DNA of 63,864 nt, the filler included, from Sphacelaria rigidula (taxonomy: Eukaryota): assembly GCA_964200075.2 (NCBI GenBank). It is 8 parts of 8 records of this genome, joined end to end, with 100 filler letters (N's around TTAATTAATTAA, not from the genome) between each part and the next. Parts side by side here need not be neighbours in the genome. Positions count along the whole stretch, not along the records: positions 47,975 to 55,869 come from CAXNAA020013067.1; positions 55,970 to 63,864 come from CAXNAA020013068.1; 6 more parts are not named here. The stretch is one strand, 5' to 3'. Of this stretch, positions 51,779 to 63,864 are shown in pieces; positions within the stretch are counted from its first letter, which is position 1; every line of letters starts with the position of its first letter. Made by a program: the position numbers and the translations under genes. The notes below the pieces were generated by a model. That model was not told where the DNA came from. It saw nothing but the letters and a program-made list of their open reading frames with translations, and made no database searches.

Positions 51779-51890
51779 TCACCACTACTTCCACCACCAC
51801 TTCCACCACCACTTCCACCACCACTACTACTACTATTACCACTAATTACGACTACCACTAATTACGACTACCACTAATCACTACTATTAC
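51410..51890. repeat. Long interrupted (CTA)n/(CCA)n microsatellite
   Basis: Seen directly. It produces spurious homopolymeric ORFs. Confidence 0.95.
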
Positions 51891-52338
51891 TGTCATGATA
51901 TATTGCTTCAGCCATCAACCAATCATCCCTGGAGTCGTACTGTTATGTCCGTAGTATCTCGCCGTCAATCATGTCATTCGGTCATGCGCCTCTTCCTTTG
52001 TTCTTCCGTCACTTCCTGCTCCGGCACAAGCAGCATTCCTCAAATTTTCGTTTTCTCTGACGGAGATGCTTCTGGACGAATCTACACGCCAGAAGATCGT
52101 AGTGGTGGACGAGGAGGACGATAAGCTGGAGCACTTCATAGATCCGGCGAATGCGGGGGAGCTGTTTGGACCAATAAAAACGTGAGGCGCAGGCAGTGCT
52201 CAGACTTTCTCTGTTGTACGATGAATGGAAAAATATATGTTTTTTTTTTCTCGTCTGTCTGTAGACGATAGTATGATGTCACTTGTTTCTCACCTTTTGT
52301 GGAAAAGGATGAATGTAATTTTCGATTTGATATATATT

Positions 52339-52490
52339 CCCTGGACAATATATGGTCAATGGTTGCAATATGAAGAATCGTACTGCGTAAAGTACAGGCC
52401 TATTGCAACTATTATCGGTATCGGCTATTGCCGTATATGTTGTCGGTATAGACCTATTGCAACTGTTGACCATAAATTGTCCAGGGTGTG
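52339..52490. mobile_element. Diverged copy of the CACACC-TIR MITE (another right-end remnant at ~54060-54143)
   Basis: CCCTGGACAATATATGGTCAA..TTGACCATAAATTGTCCAGGGTGTG. Confidence 0.8.
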
Positions 52491-53937
52491 ATGTATATTC
52501 AGGTCTAAGGAGAACATCGGAAGATGGGAAGCGTCCATTTCCATCGCTAGATTTTTTATTTACTTCCTCAGCGTTGTGTTTTTCTTGACCGAGAAGGAAG
52601 ACCCCCTCCTCCCCCCATCCCCAATATCCTGGAGTTGGGATTTTATCCTGGATATCGGAATATATTTTCGGTGTACTGAATATCTACACGTCCAAACAAA
52701 TATATGCCTAGCTACCATCCTTTCCCTTCGGCAAGCGCTTACAGGACGAGTCACGGTGCGGTGCTCGGTGTATGGGTAATAGTGCCGTATGGCGTTGTCT
52801 TTGAGTTTGTCTCAACTCAAAATACGTGCACAGCAAACAAACCCCGTCCGCGTTATTTCGGCCAGAGCACATCATCATTGAGTGACTCGGAAAAATATCT
52901 CCAAGAGTGAACATAGTGACACGCATCAAAACACGTACACAAACAACCACTTGCACACTTTTGTACGTGTTTTCGCGTACACTATCGAGGTTATTGTTTG
53001 TCTCTTCATACTACATGGCCCGTTTGACGGATTTTAATACAGGGGTCATTCGACACGTTTACTGCACAGTATCCAGTACTTCGTGTAAAAATGGGTCAAC
53101 CCGTTCTTGAACGGAGTATTTGAAAAAAGTACGATTAATTATATGGATACTCATTCGCAGTACCCCCCACGTTTACTCTTGTGTCTTCTCGCGCAGGACA
53201 AAGAAGGTTCCCCCACCCCCTCCGAACCGACACCGGGCTTCTGCGAACCCGCCGCTTGTGGAATTCGGTGGGCTTTTCAAGTGCATTGCCTGACCCCTTC
53301 GGTTCCCCTCCGTTGCGAGAATGATAAAAATGAGAGGGCGTTTTTCCCGCTAGCGCGAGGGCCTCTTGAGTCATCTTAGGTCGGGCATGATTGATCAAAA
53401 GGACGGAAGGGGTGCGTGCTATCGCTTCGTATATATTAGGGCTGAGCAAATTTGTCATGGAGTCACCGTTTGCAGCATGCCGTTGGACAGCGACAGTTGA
53501 ATCGACGGGTTTTACTTTCCGTTGTGCGTTCTGTGATGCGCGTGGGCGTGCATGAGTATTTTGATATCCGAAGGAATCCGACGGTGCTGACGGGGGGTGG
53601 TCATCATCCATCGTCCAATACTCGGGAATATGTTGCTAGACGGGTGGCGGGGAAGAAATGGGTTGGTCTCTCGAGACTACGGACTCGTGCTTCGAAATGA
53701 AGGGGAGGCGGGGGGGGGGGAAGGGCGTAAAGACGGGAAAGTAGGTAGCATAGAAGTGGACGGTTGGTTCAGTTGCATCTTGTATCCTCTAGTTGAGGGA
53801 ACGTCGCGCCAGGCTCGGGATTGAAAGGGGGTTCAGTTGCCCACAAAATCATGACCGGGCGGACTCATGCTGGCGCCGTAAATGCAACCGGAGATTTCGG
53901 CTCGTGTTCTACGTACGTTGTGGTCGTGGAGTTTCAC

Positions 53938-54018
53938 TGGGGGGGAGGGGGGGGAGGGGTACTCATTTGTTGCTTGCCTTGGTCGTTTGACCATTGACCA
54001 CGCATCCCTTTCTCGAGA
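53938..54018 (-). repeat. Truncated SINE-like family copy after a long G-run
   Basis: Matches 3666-3725. Confidence 0.85.
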
Positions 54019-57000
54019 TTCACAGGGATTTGGAAATTATACTGCAGTATGGGATTCATTGTCTGTTGCAATAGGCGCAATAGCCGATACTGTACGCAGT
54101 ACACTTTTTGAGTGTGTATTCAATTGTCGTCATCCAAGGTGTGCTACAATGTCATGGCTGGATCCATGCTCGCGTCGTACATGCAACCGGAGATTTGGAT
54201 GCGTGCCCTTCGGACAATGACGTCGTTTAATTCCACGGGAGGTTAGGGGTTACACCTGCACGGCTGAAGGGCGAAAGGGATCAAGACTTCAGGTACTTAG
54301 CCTCAGAAGCGGTTTGTGTCCTGGGCCATATTTTAGATCGACGGACGACTCGGGGGGCAGTTCGTGGCTGTTTTTTTAGCGTTGGTGCAATGCTTGGAGC
54401 ATTTTTAAGCATCAGATGCATGCATATCCTGAAAGAAATATTTTCACCAGGAAATGTTGAAGATAAAATCTCCATCAGGATGAGTGTAGGGCAAGGGCAG
54501 AGGAAGGGGTGGACGTTCCCACATTCATGTTTGGAGTGTATCATAACACGGCGAGAAGTCAAATAACTTGGAAGATGACAATGTAATATGTGTGTGAGGA
54601 ATTGATCATTGACCTTTTGGATCGAATTTTCCCCCGTGCTTTTTTTCTGTGACTGTGAGAACATGTTGGTCGGAATACCGAAAAATATCGATCAATTGAA
54701 TGATCCCAATCGTGTTCGCCTGGTTCCACGTCAGGTTTCATATCTCGTGTAGTTTGCGTGGTCGAACTCGTACCATAACGGGAGGTGAGTCACTTTGTGT
54801 AATTTTCACGTTTTAGCCCCCTATCCTGCCCTCTCCCATACCGTTTCTTGCTGAGTCGGATGAGAATGTGGGTCGCAGAAAAATAGTAGTTTGTTTCGCT
54901 TCTCGGTTTTCTGTTCATATTATGGGGAATGTAGCTAAACGGTCGAGTTCAACCACTGGCTGGTGTGTCTCGGGTGGGTGCGCTATGTAGTATGATGTGT
55001 TGCGCCTTGTGGTCCAGTGGTGTAGATAGATGAGGGGTACTACATGTTTGCCTTTGGTCGCGCAATCTGTGTTGTGGTGCGCATGCACTGTTACTGTAGT
55101 TGTGAGACGCGGTTTTCAAAAGAAGTGCGTAGTTTATGTGTGGTGTGTACGTGCGTGACGAATGTATTCTGTTACGAGTATTGAAGAGTGGAGATGAATC
55201 GCGGGGCAACGCGTGGTGATGCAGGGAGGGATGGAGACCGAGCTGTATGCCATGGAATTTTGTGCTGTGACAAACGTTCAGTGGTGTGTGTGGTATATAT
55301 GTTGTCGAGTATGGAAAAACAAGCTCTTGCTGTTGGCATGTGGAACGGCGCATTTTCCATGTCGTTGAGGGGGGTGTTGATAATGCCCTAATCAAATGTG
55401 CTATTCATGTGAAACGCAATTGCGAGAGGGAAGCTGTGAAAGGGCGCTGTGGGTTCAAAAGAGACGAGAGAAGCCGGGAGGTGGATATGCTCTCATTCTG
55501 TATCTAAAGACGCTCTTGTTGTGACTGCGGTACATGTATGTAGTATACCCGATCGACCGAACATGTACGGGATTGACGAATGAAGGAGGGCTCCGAGGGG
55601 AGGACGTGTGGCTATGCCTGTCACCGCCATCAGTACATTAGTAGAGAGTTTCGGAAAACGCTTTTTTGCCCTTTAAGAGTGCAAATATCCACGGTTCGGA
55701 CGAATTATCGCCGGTTCAAATAACTCAATCCCGGTATTTCAAGGCCTAGTTGCTTGGAAGAGAAAAGAAAGTCGACCGCAGGTCAAAAAGGTCTTCGCGC
55801 ATGTTTCAAGGGTCGGACAAAAAATTATTCGTCTGAAAATTACTTGGTTTTAGTATGATGAGTCGACCCNNNNNNNNNNNNNNNNNNNNNNNNNNNNNNN
55901 NNNNNNNNNNNNNTTAATTAATTAANNNNNNNNNNNNNNNNNNNNNNNNNNNNNNNNNNNNNNNNNNNNGTAGTCAGTCCATTACAACAAAAGATCCCCT
56001 CCTTCAGGAAAAACCGAATGGTGCCTGAAACAGTTTCAGTTCCGAAATGTCCTACCCCAGGCGTAAAAATGCTTTGTGAAGTATCTCACCAACCAGGCCG
56101 CCGAAATACTCGAATGGGGCACTGTATGTTAGCTGCATGTACAATACGTGTGCTCAAGCAAACAAAAATGGAAAAAACGTTCCTTGTTCGGAACGCTCGA
56201 TCATCCACTCGGAATCTGAAACTACCCTCTGAATCTCACGAATAGGGTCTTCCGAGCGCATCACGTTGAGAAACCTAATTCAGCAATAATATTTTGGCTT
56301 TCGCCTCTCGTGCGCGCCTAAGGCTTCGCGTAATTCCGATTTTTGCGCCTACATTCTGTGTTTAACAGACGCTTATTTTGGGTTGTGAAAGGCCTAGTGG
56401 GCATATCATGCGCATAAATTGCGCATATTGCCTATGCGCCGCCTGCGGCCACTGTGCAGATTCCCTTAGAGGTGTTCCATGTGTCTTTGTGGCACGACAA
56501 AACCGCATGTAGACTGGGTTGGATAATGCCATGTTAGACATTTCTTCAATGAAATTTGTTGGGATCAAGACCTCCCGTCCAAAAACCAACTAAACAATTG
56601 CGTGTGAGCACGCCACCGTGGGCAAAGAATGCACCTGAGATGTCTTACCTTCATCAATCTATCAGTCCTAACTTCAATCTCTCAATGATTAACATCTGGG
56701 CCGGAATGGCAACCCCCAACCTCCCTCCCACTCTGAACGTCCATTGCAAATGATTGCACAATTCAAAGGAAACGGTAAGTACGTAACAGACAAGACGAAT
56801 CAAATAAGGGTATACAGCAGAAACAACCATAAAGAGGACCGACGGAGTATCGAAGTCCAGCCAGCACGAGTTAACGTTGAGCACGACGGAAAACTCCCAC
56901 TTCGATCTGTCATCCTCCGGTGGTGCCGTGGATGATGACATTTTTTTTCTCGAGATGATGGGCATGATACATTCTGTGCGATGTAGACTTGACGGAATAA

Positions 57001-59049
57001 AAGTAGTACGATCAGTGCCAGGGTGTTGGAGCAGACAAGAGTATTCACGATATAGACCGTGGATTTTGCGAGCAGTACGACATTACAACCATAGGCTATA
57101 CTTTGCAAACACGGTACAGCTGTAGTCCATGTCCGAGTACAGGCTGTACTCTGCCAGGTTACAGCACGGGTTGTACTCGCGAGCACAGTAGGTAGCTGTG
57201 CTTTGCCAATACAACACGGTACTAATCGTCTTCATATGCAACTGCACATCCATGGCAGTGGATGCAGATGCAAAGGATATGGCTACTGACTACTGCCTGC
57301 ACCATGGTACTACACGTGAAAGCTTCACTTTGTTTGCACACAGGCGTAGCGGGCAGCTGATTTAAAACATCTGGGCTCCCGAGTTTAAAAAAACAACGCG
57401 GGATCGGTCATGATAAAAGGATACTGGAAACAAGGATTCACCTATATAGGTGGATATAATTTTTGCGACACGTGAATGTAGGACCCATGTATAGACAACA
57501 ATACAGGAACGTCCCTGACCGGTTTTGAGCCCGCAGTCAAGTGCACGCAAAGTCAGTATAGTATGGAACAGTATGTCTTCGACGAGCACCTTTCAGTTTC
57601 CGTAGTTGCATGCACGCTGTCGATGTCTCTGCTTCGTGTTTCGCAACAACACTACAGGCAGTGTGAAGCTATTCTGGCAACGCGAGAAGGGTCAGGTACA
57701 CCCGAACGACTGCGAGCGAAGTCTTTACTTCCAAAAACAAATGGTTGGCTTCTTGAGCTCTCCGGCTGTTCGTATAACCTCCCCTGATATCTGGAAACCC
57801 GCGAATGTTCCTGGACTGTCAGCCGATTAAACTGTCCCGAGGCGGACCACGGTCGCATTACAGTAAACCTGGATACAGTAGTAGATTTCAAGATTCAAAC
57901 CTGTACCGGTCGTTTTCGCTGGTTACGACGGCAAGAAACAGTGAGCCGTTATGTGTTGGCCGGCGCTACAGTAAAGCATGGTTACAGCAGGCTGTGGTAG
58001 CACACATTTTCGGTCTATTTTGACGTCGCGCTCGCCTAGTACAGTACCGCCGTATATTATTGTGAAATCTACATGATAATATGTTCGCTTTGCTACACGA
58101 CAGCGGTCGTCACACATCTGCCCCAACTTGGCGACGAGATATAAGATACTGTACTCACGTGGTTCTCGACACCGATGGAGCATCGGGTTCCTCTTGGCGT
58201 TCTCAACAAGGTTCTTCGACATAGCAAACGCTCTTGTGAAGAAACGATTACACACCAAGCCGTCAGGAACATACATCAACCCCATGATTTTACCGGGTTT
58301 CTGGTACAGCACGTGCTCTCGTTCTTTTTGGAGTCAAGCCGCCCGTATGCCCACATGATTCCATGCTCCGCTCCGTGGGTTCAACCGAGGTCGCGAACAC
58401 GAGGCGGCCCTCTTCTGTAATAGGCATAAACGCACTCCCCACACTAATTCCTCTGGTAAGTGGGTGTTTGAGGCGATGCCAATACGTTCATGACAGCATG
58501 GGCGGGCTGGTCTTGTTTGGACAGCAACGATGAAGTTGGCGTTGTTCCGCGTTTAGATCAATCTTTCCGAGACCACGGATCAACATGCCCTGACCGTCAG
58601 AATGTCGCGACACATATCCTGTGATTCTTGGTGCAAGTGGCCATGTGCACCCGAAGCGTGATCAGAGAATGGGACACATGTCGACAAATACCGGAATATT
58701 TAGGTATTTTCACCTGCCTGACTGGTGGGATTGTTTCAGCGGTATAGCACCTGGCACGCGGCAAATTTGTCACCATTCTACTGAAAGTAGAGCTCGTAAG
58801 AAAGATACCGTTGTACTAGCTACAAAGTTAGGTGTTATCGAAGAACATGGCTTATCAGTACTCATGCGAGAGTGATATGACCCAGATACGTGGTCGAATT
58901 ACGAGTACAGGTGACTTTGGGGGTAACATATACCGATCGTGACCTTCAACTAACCGCAATATTAAGATGTCCTCGCTGTCCCTCGCTCTATCCCCCTCCC
59001 CCACTCTCCACCCCTCCCTTACACAATCCACTGCATCGCCGCCTGCAGC

Positions 59050-60973
59050 CTGCATACCACAACAGTGAAGAACAGGCGTTGCCGCTGCCTGCCTGCCTTC
59101 GAACAGCTTTAAACGATGTCGGCGAGACTATATCTCCCCGCAACACGTACGACAAGCTTTACATGTACGTTGGGATCATAACGTCGGTCCAGCAGAGGAC
59201 GGGGAGTGATGACGTTACGGGGGAGCAAATAGCAAAGGAGGTCACGAACGTGAGTAATGGAATGTTACAAAACCGGATCTGCATTACACGGGGACGGTAG
59301 TGGGCATTGGGTGAAGTTTAAATTCCTATTGTATCACATGTGCGCCGCGGTTCATTTATGTTACGTCTCGGCACCGAGTCAAGTCCGCTTGTATTGTTGT
59401 AGACTAGTTGCCGGAGGGTTTACGACGCGTGTACTGTATCTCCCACCCGCTCATACGCTGAGAAACAACCCAATGTGCAGCGAACACGACAGACCTCGAC
59501 CACGTACGTAATGCAGCACGCACAACGGTCGCAGTGAAGTTGCCGCTCTGGAGCGGGGGCGCGGCGATTCGATGTGGGAGCCGGTACCGATATTCTGTTC
59601 AGTCGGGAGAAGTTGTGTACGGTACTATGGACCATTTTGAACTTCCACGGACGCTGAAAAGGCCGACTCGATTTCACCGCATCTGCTATATGTTTTTCTC
59701 CACGGCCCGTTGGTGTCCCCTCGTCACCGGAAACAGCTGGGTTTGAATTCCCTGTCGCTAGTGACGATGTGGCACTGGCGAAAGGCCTGCTTCGCCACTA
59801 CACCGGAAGCAATAAAAGCAATTACCTGAGCGTTCCAGACGTCGGATCCCAGTATCGAAATGTATTTCGCTGACGTACCTGAAGAGCAAGGCTTACGGCG
59901 ATCTACACGCCGAACCCGCAGCGCAATAGATCGCCGTCAACATGCTCGTAAGGTATGCACCGCCGGTATATCCAGTCGCTTGTTGTGATAATCTCGAGTT
60001 GTCTTTAATTAACTCGCCGCACCGAAGAATGACGAGAGTGTGTCATGTGGTATGTGTCCTGTTTGATAGACCGTCAGGACCAATTGTCCAGGGCATAACT
60101 ACACATGCCCCCCCCCCCCTCCGCTCGAAGCAGACTATTTTCAAAATTGAAGATAGTATTTTTGGTAGAGGACGAACCTCGGAAACCTTCATGAACATCG
60201 AAAAGGTTTCGAAACTAAAATACAAAAGCATTCTCCGGCCGTGATGTGCGACCTCACTCATCGCAGTGTTTTGTACCAGAATCACTGGACGACGACATCG
60301 TTCCGTGTAAGCACCGGCGGTCACGAATTGCAGATGGCTGTTTTCGAGGATGAGCGAGGCCACATTTCACAGGCGGAGAGTGCAGATGTGTCTTTATTTC
60401 GAATGTATCGCGATGCTTACGAAAGATCTCAAGGACGGTACCCAAACAACATTCATCCTCGATTTTCGACCGTACCACGACAGACATTCGAGGGCGAACA
60501 AGATGACACCCACACCGAAAGATTGGGATCGGATCACCAAAAACGCCCGCATCGAGCACAACCTGATGGAGAGAATCGAGAGCGTGGTGCCTCGTCTTGA
60601 TTGGACGGACAGGTTTAAGGAGTGAGTGCCGTTAATCTGTAGCCCGGCCGCCGCCTGAGCTAAGGTGCTCCGTTTATATCGAGACCACGTAAGAATGCGC
60701 CGCCGTGTGCATAAATATCACTGCACACTAGTCGACCTGTCACATAATGTGGTGCGACGTGTGGTGCGACGTTTGATGTTTTTGATTCCGATTTCTGTGA
60801 ACAGCGGCGTGCACAAAATGATAGACGGTACGTACGGGTTGGAAGATCTCCAGCTGTCCGTGGGGGACTATATATCGTCCGTGGACAAGACTATGTCAGA
60901 GACGGGAGAAAGCCTGCCGGCTGAAGAACAGGAAGGCGATGCCATGAAGGAATTCGAGGCGGTCTACAAGTAA
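59050..60973 (+). pseudogene. Degenerate multi-exon coding fragments, product unknown
   Basis: Protein-like ORF pieces at 59050-59250, 60266-60620 and 60804-60970 end at GTGAGT/GTAAGT donors. Frame breaks are present. Confidence 0.3.
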
Positions 60974-62010
60974 GTGAAGACTTCCACGGCCCTTGGAGCT
61001 GGTGCGTTACTCCCCGTCGATAGATGACTTTATTCTAGGAAAGTTGAGACATATATTCGCTGTCGCGAGCTGATCGGTGACCGGCCTCGATGCTCAGGCA
61101 CGGAAGTCAACTGTATCTTTTCCGGTAGTACTATTTGAGGAGTGTAAAACACCACTGCCTGTATACACCTGCACAGACTTGCTGCCGGCCGTCCCTTATT
61201 TTGTATCTTAGTTCATACTTGACATATCAGAGATCTTGCTCTCACCGCCGTCCGCAGATGACACAAAGAGGGAGTCGTTGCCTCTTCATGACCATGAAGG
61301 TTCACCAACAAGGGCGACACTGTTCTTGGCGTTGGGGTCGAGGGTACGCAGCTGCTGGAGATCGCCCTCAAAGACGGGCGCCCTATCGAGCTCCTTCTCT
61401 TAGATGCCAGTCTCTCCGTCGTGATGGATGATCGCATGGTGAAGACGTTCCAGAAAGTATTCTCCTCTGGGTTCAAGGTACAGAGAGCGACACCACGGCT
61501 AGGCGGTATATATGCGAAAATAAAGGTCGTGTTCCCTGATTGCCGTAGCGACGGGTCTTTATGCAGGCGTAAAATGTTTTCGTTTTTGAGAGGTGTCATG
61601 ACCTCTAACCAATATTTGCAACTGCCGCCCGGCTTGTTTTCACCCTCTATTTCTCGACAGCACGATGTCGGCGGCGCAGTGTATGTGGGCCCAGGGTTGC
61701 TCCCGTCGAAGCTGCCGGCCGACACGACCTCGCCGGCATTGCTGACCCCTGCCGCCGGTACTTCTGCTGCAGACTGCTGGAGAGGTCAGGAAGACCGCCG
61801 TGCAGCCGTTCGGATACACAGTGGAGGTGAGAGTACTTCGGGCGAGACGAACGGTGTTCATATCGAGTCTTGTTTACTTGCTTCTTGGCCGTTTGAGGGT
61901 CGCACAGTGAGGACAAGGTGGTGATGAGGCTAGCGGGCACCTACGCACCAGTTGTAGTCTTTTCGCATATTTCTTGACGCATTTGCGAGTCAAATATAGT
62001 TTCCCTGTAC

Positions 62011-63174
62011 CATACAAGAGGATACCCTAAACTGTACGGGCCCATCACCTTGCCCGGATTTTGGTCCGATCTTTGTCTTATATTTTTGGTCAATTTTCGG
62101 TTGAAAGCATATTTTGTCTTCATTCGGTGCTCGGTTCGTACGAATGAAAACAAATAACCGAGCCCGAAAATGGCCGCACACACCCCTTTCTAAACTCCGG
62201 AGAGAATCAACATCCCAAAAAAACAACGAACGATAATCACAATCGCGGATCAACCACTAGTTTTACGTATTACCGTGTGTCGGACCCCACTGCCTTCTTC
62301 ACTGACAAACCTTGCTGGTAAAACCAGCGCTGTTCGGCTCGACAACGGCCGAAACCTTTTGCGAGTGCTTCGAAATAGTAAAATAGATGCGATGCTTGGG
62401 TACATTTCGGCCCATCTCAAGTGAAGAACTTGTCATTCTATCTTCACGCCGGCTGAGTCTGCCCTCTAACTTCGTAACGAACCCATCTGTAAAGCCGTCA
62501 CAACGACCATTATACCCAGACAACGTATTGTTGCACTTCAGTGCCCTAAATTATGGGGCGGGCGTGTGAGAAGGCCATCAGTCGGGGATCGTCATACAAG
62601 AGGATACCCTAAACTGTACGGGCCCATCACCTTGCCCGGATTTTGGTCCGATCTTTGTCTTATATTTTTGTTCAATTTTCGGTTGAAAGCATATTTTGTC
62701 TTCATTCGGTGCTCGGTTCGTACGAATGAAAACAAATAATCAGGCCCAAAAATGGCCGCACAAACCCCTTTCTAAACTCCGGAGAGAATCAACATCCCAA
62801 AAAAACAACGAACGATATTCACAATCGCGAATCAACCACTAGTTTTACGTATTACCGTGTGTCGGACCCCACTGCCTTCTTCACTGACAAACCTTGCTGG
62901 TAAAACCAGCGCTGTTCGGCTCGACAACGGCCGAAACCTTTTACGAGTGCTTCGAAATAGTAGCATGATTGCGATGCTTGCGTATATTTCGGCCCATCTC
63001 AAGTGAAGAACTTGTCATTCAATCTTCACGTCGGCTGAGTCTGCCCTCTAACTTCGTAACGAACCCATCTGTAAAGCCGTCACAACGACCATTATACCCA
63101 GACAACGTATTGTTGCCCTTCAGCGCCCTAAATTATGGCACGGGTGTGTGAGAAGGCCATCAGTCGGGGGTCGT
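62011..63174. repeat. Recent 582-bp tandem duplication
   Basis: CATACAAGAGGATACCC starts at 62011 and 62593. The copies are near-identical with scattered substitutions. Confidence 0.95.
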
Positions 63175-63864
63175 CTTGTCACCTCCCACCCTTCTGGTCG
63201 CGACGCGGAGATTTCGAAGGAAACGGGCACGGCATGTCAGACGGAATGCGTATCGCGCTTCGAATCCTTCGTTTGGGATCATGCAGAGTGTGTATCGCTG
63301 AGAATCTGAGGGGTGGGGTTTGTCGCGGGATCTCGTACCACCGTTTGCACACGTCTACAGTGAATGCCTGAAGTGTAATACACATTATTGCTTCCTCTCT
63401 TCGCGACGTGACTAGGAACTGCGTCTCGCGCATTCACCTCCGCCGCACGTGCAATCCAATTTGGTCACAATTTTCGAGTCTAGATTAGGTCAACAGGCTG
63501 CACGTGATCGCGAAACAAGGTCAAGACGTCGCCTATCCGGATATTCCCGTCTGGGGGAAGTAAAAAATAAACGACACTCCGGAGAACGCCCTTAATTCTA
63601 TCGACTATGTTGTAGAGGAGCAGTCTATCCACCTTATTTTGGTAGCTACCGACAAACAACTGAGGAAAATGTTTGAGCCTGGCAAGGAGACGTGTAAAGC
63701 AAAGGCGGCGTTATACCTAGAAGCGGCGGGGACATGACCATTTTTCTACCTCACGTGGGAAGCAACGGTCTATGGTGAGGCCATAGACATTTGTCGCAGG
63801 TTCCCCATGTACAACTTGCCGCCGCTGTAGGCAGCGAAGGCGGAGATAAGCACGCTCTCATTGC

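Noticed and set aside
51319-51877. Poly-Thr/Ser/Leu/Val ORFs (mucin-like)
   Set aside because: They are translations of a (CTA)n microsatellite that is open in several frames.
7897-55969. Regularly spaced TTAATTAATTAA motif about every 8 kb, and apparent gene neighbourhoods across it
   Set aside because: It is an artificial linker between size-sorted contigs, so adjacency across it has no biological meaning.

Overview
Eukaryotic, repeat-rich DNA that looks like a brown alga (Ectocarpales-like; inferred from gene style and repeat content). The window is not one locus. It is eight unrelated contigs of 7895-7896 bp joined by artificial 100-bp N44-TTAATTAATTAA-N44 linkers. It contains a degenerate Ty1/copia LTR retrotransposon with its 3' LTR, four exons of a USP9X/USP24-like deubiquitinase, the last three exons of a mitochondrial 2-oxoglutarate/malate-type carrier, a probable LTR+PBS+gag-like remnant, several MITEs and non-autonomous DNA transposons, a G/C-run-anchored SINE-like family, microsatellites and tandem duplications. 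The most unusual feature is a ~42-bp-period interspaced array at ~77-934: conserved ATATTG-N6-CAATATATATTG with mostly unrelated 18-19-nt spacers, ending in the terminal inverted repeat of a MITE family that makes 8-bp target-site duplications. A second, unrelated ~42-bp-period array lies at ~48310-48740.
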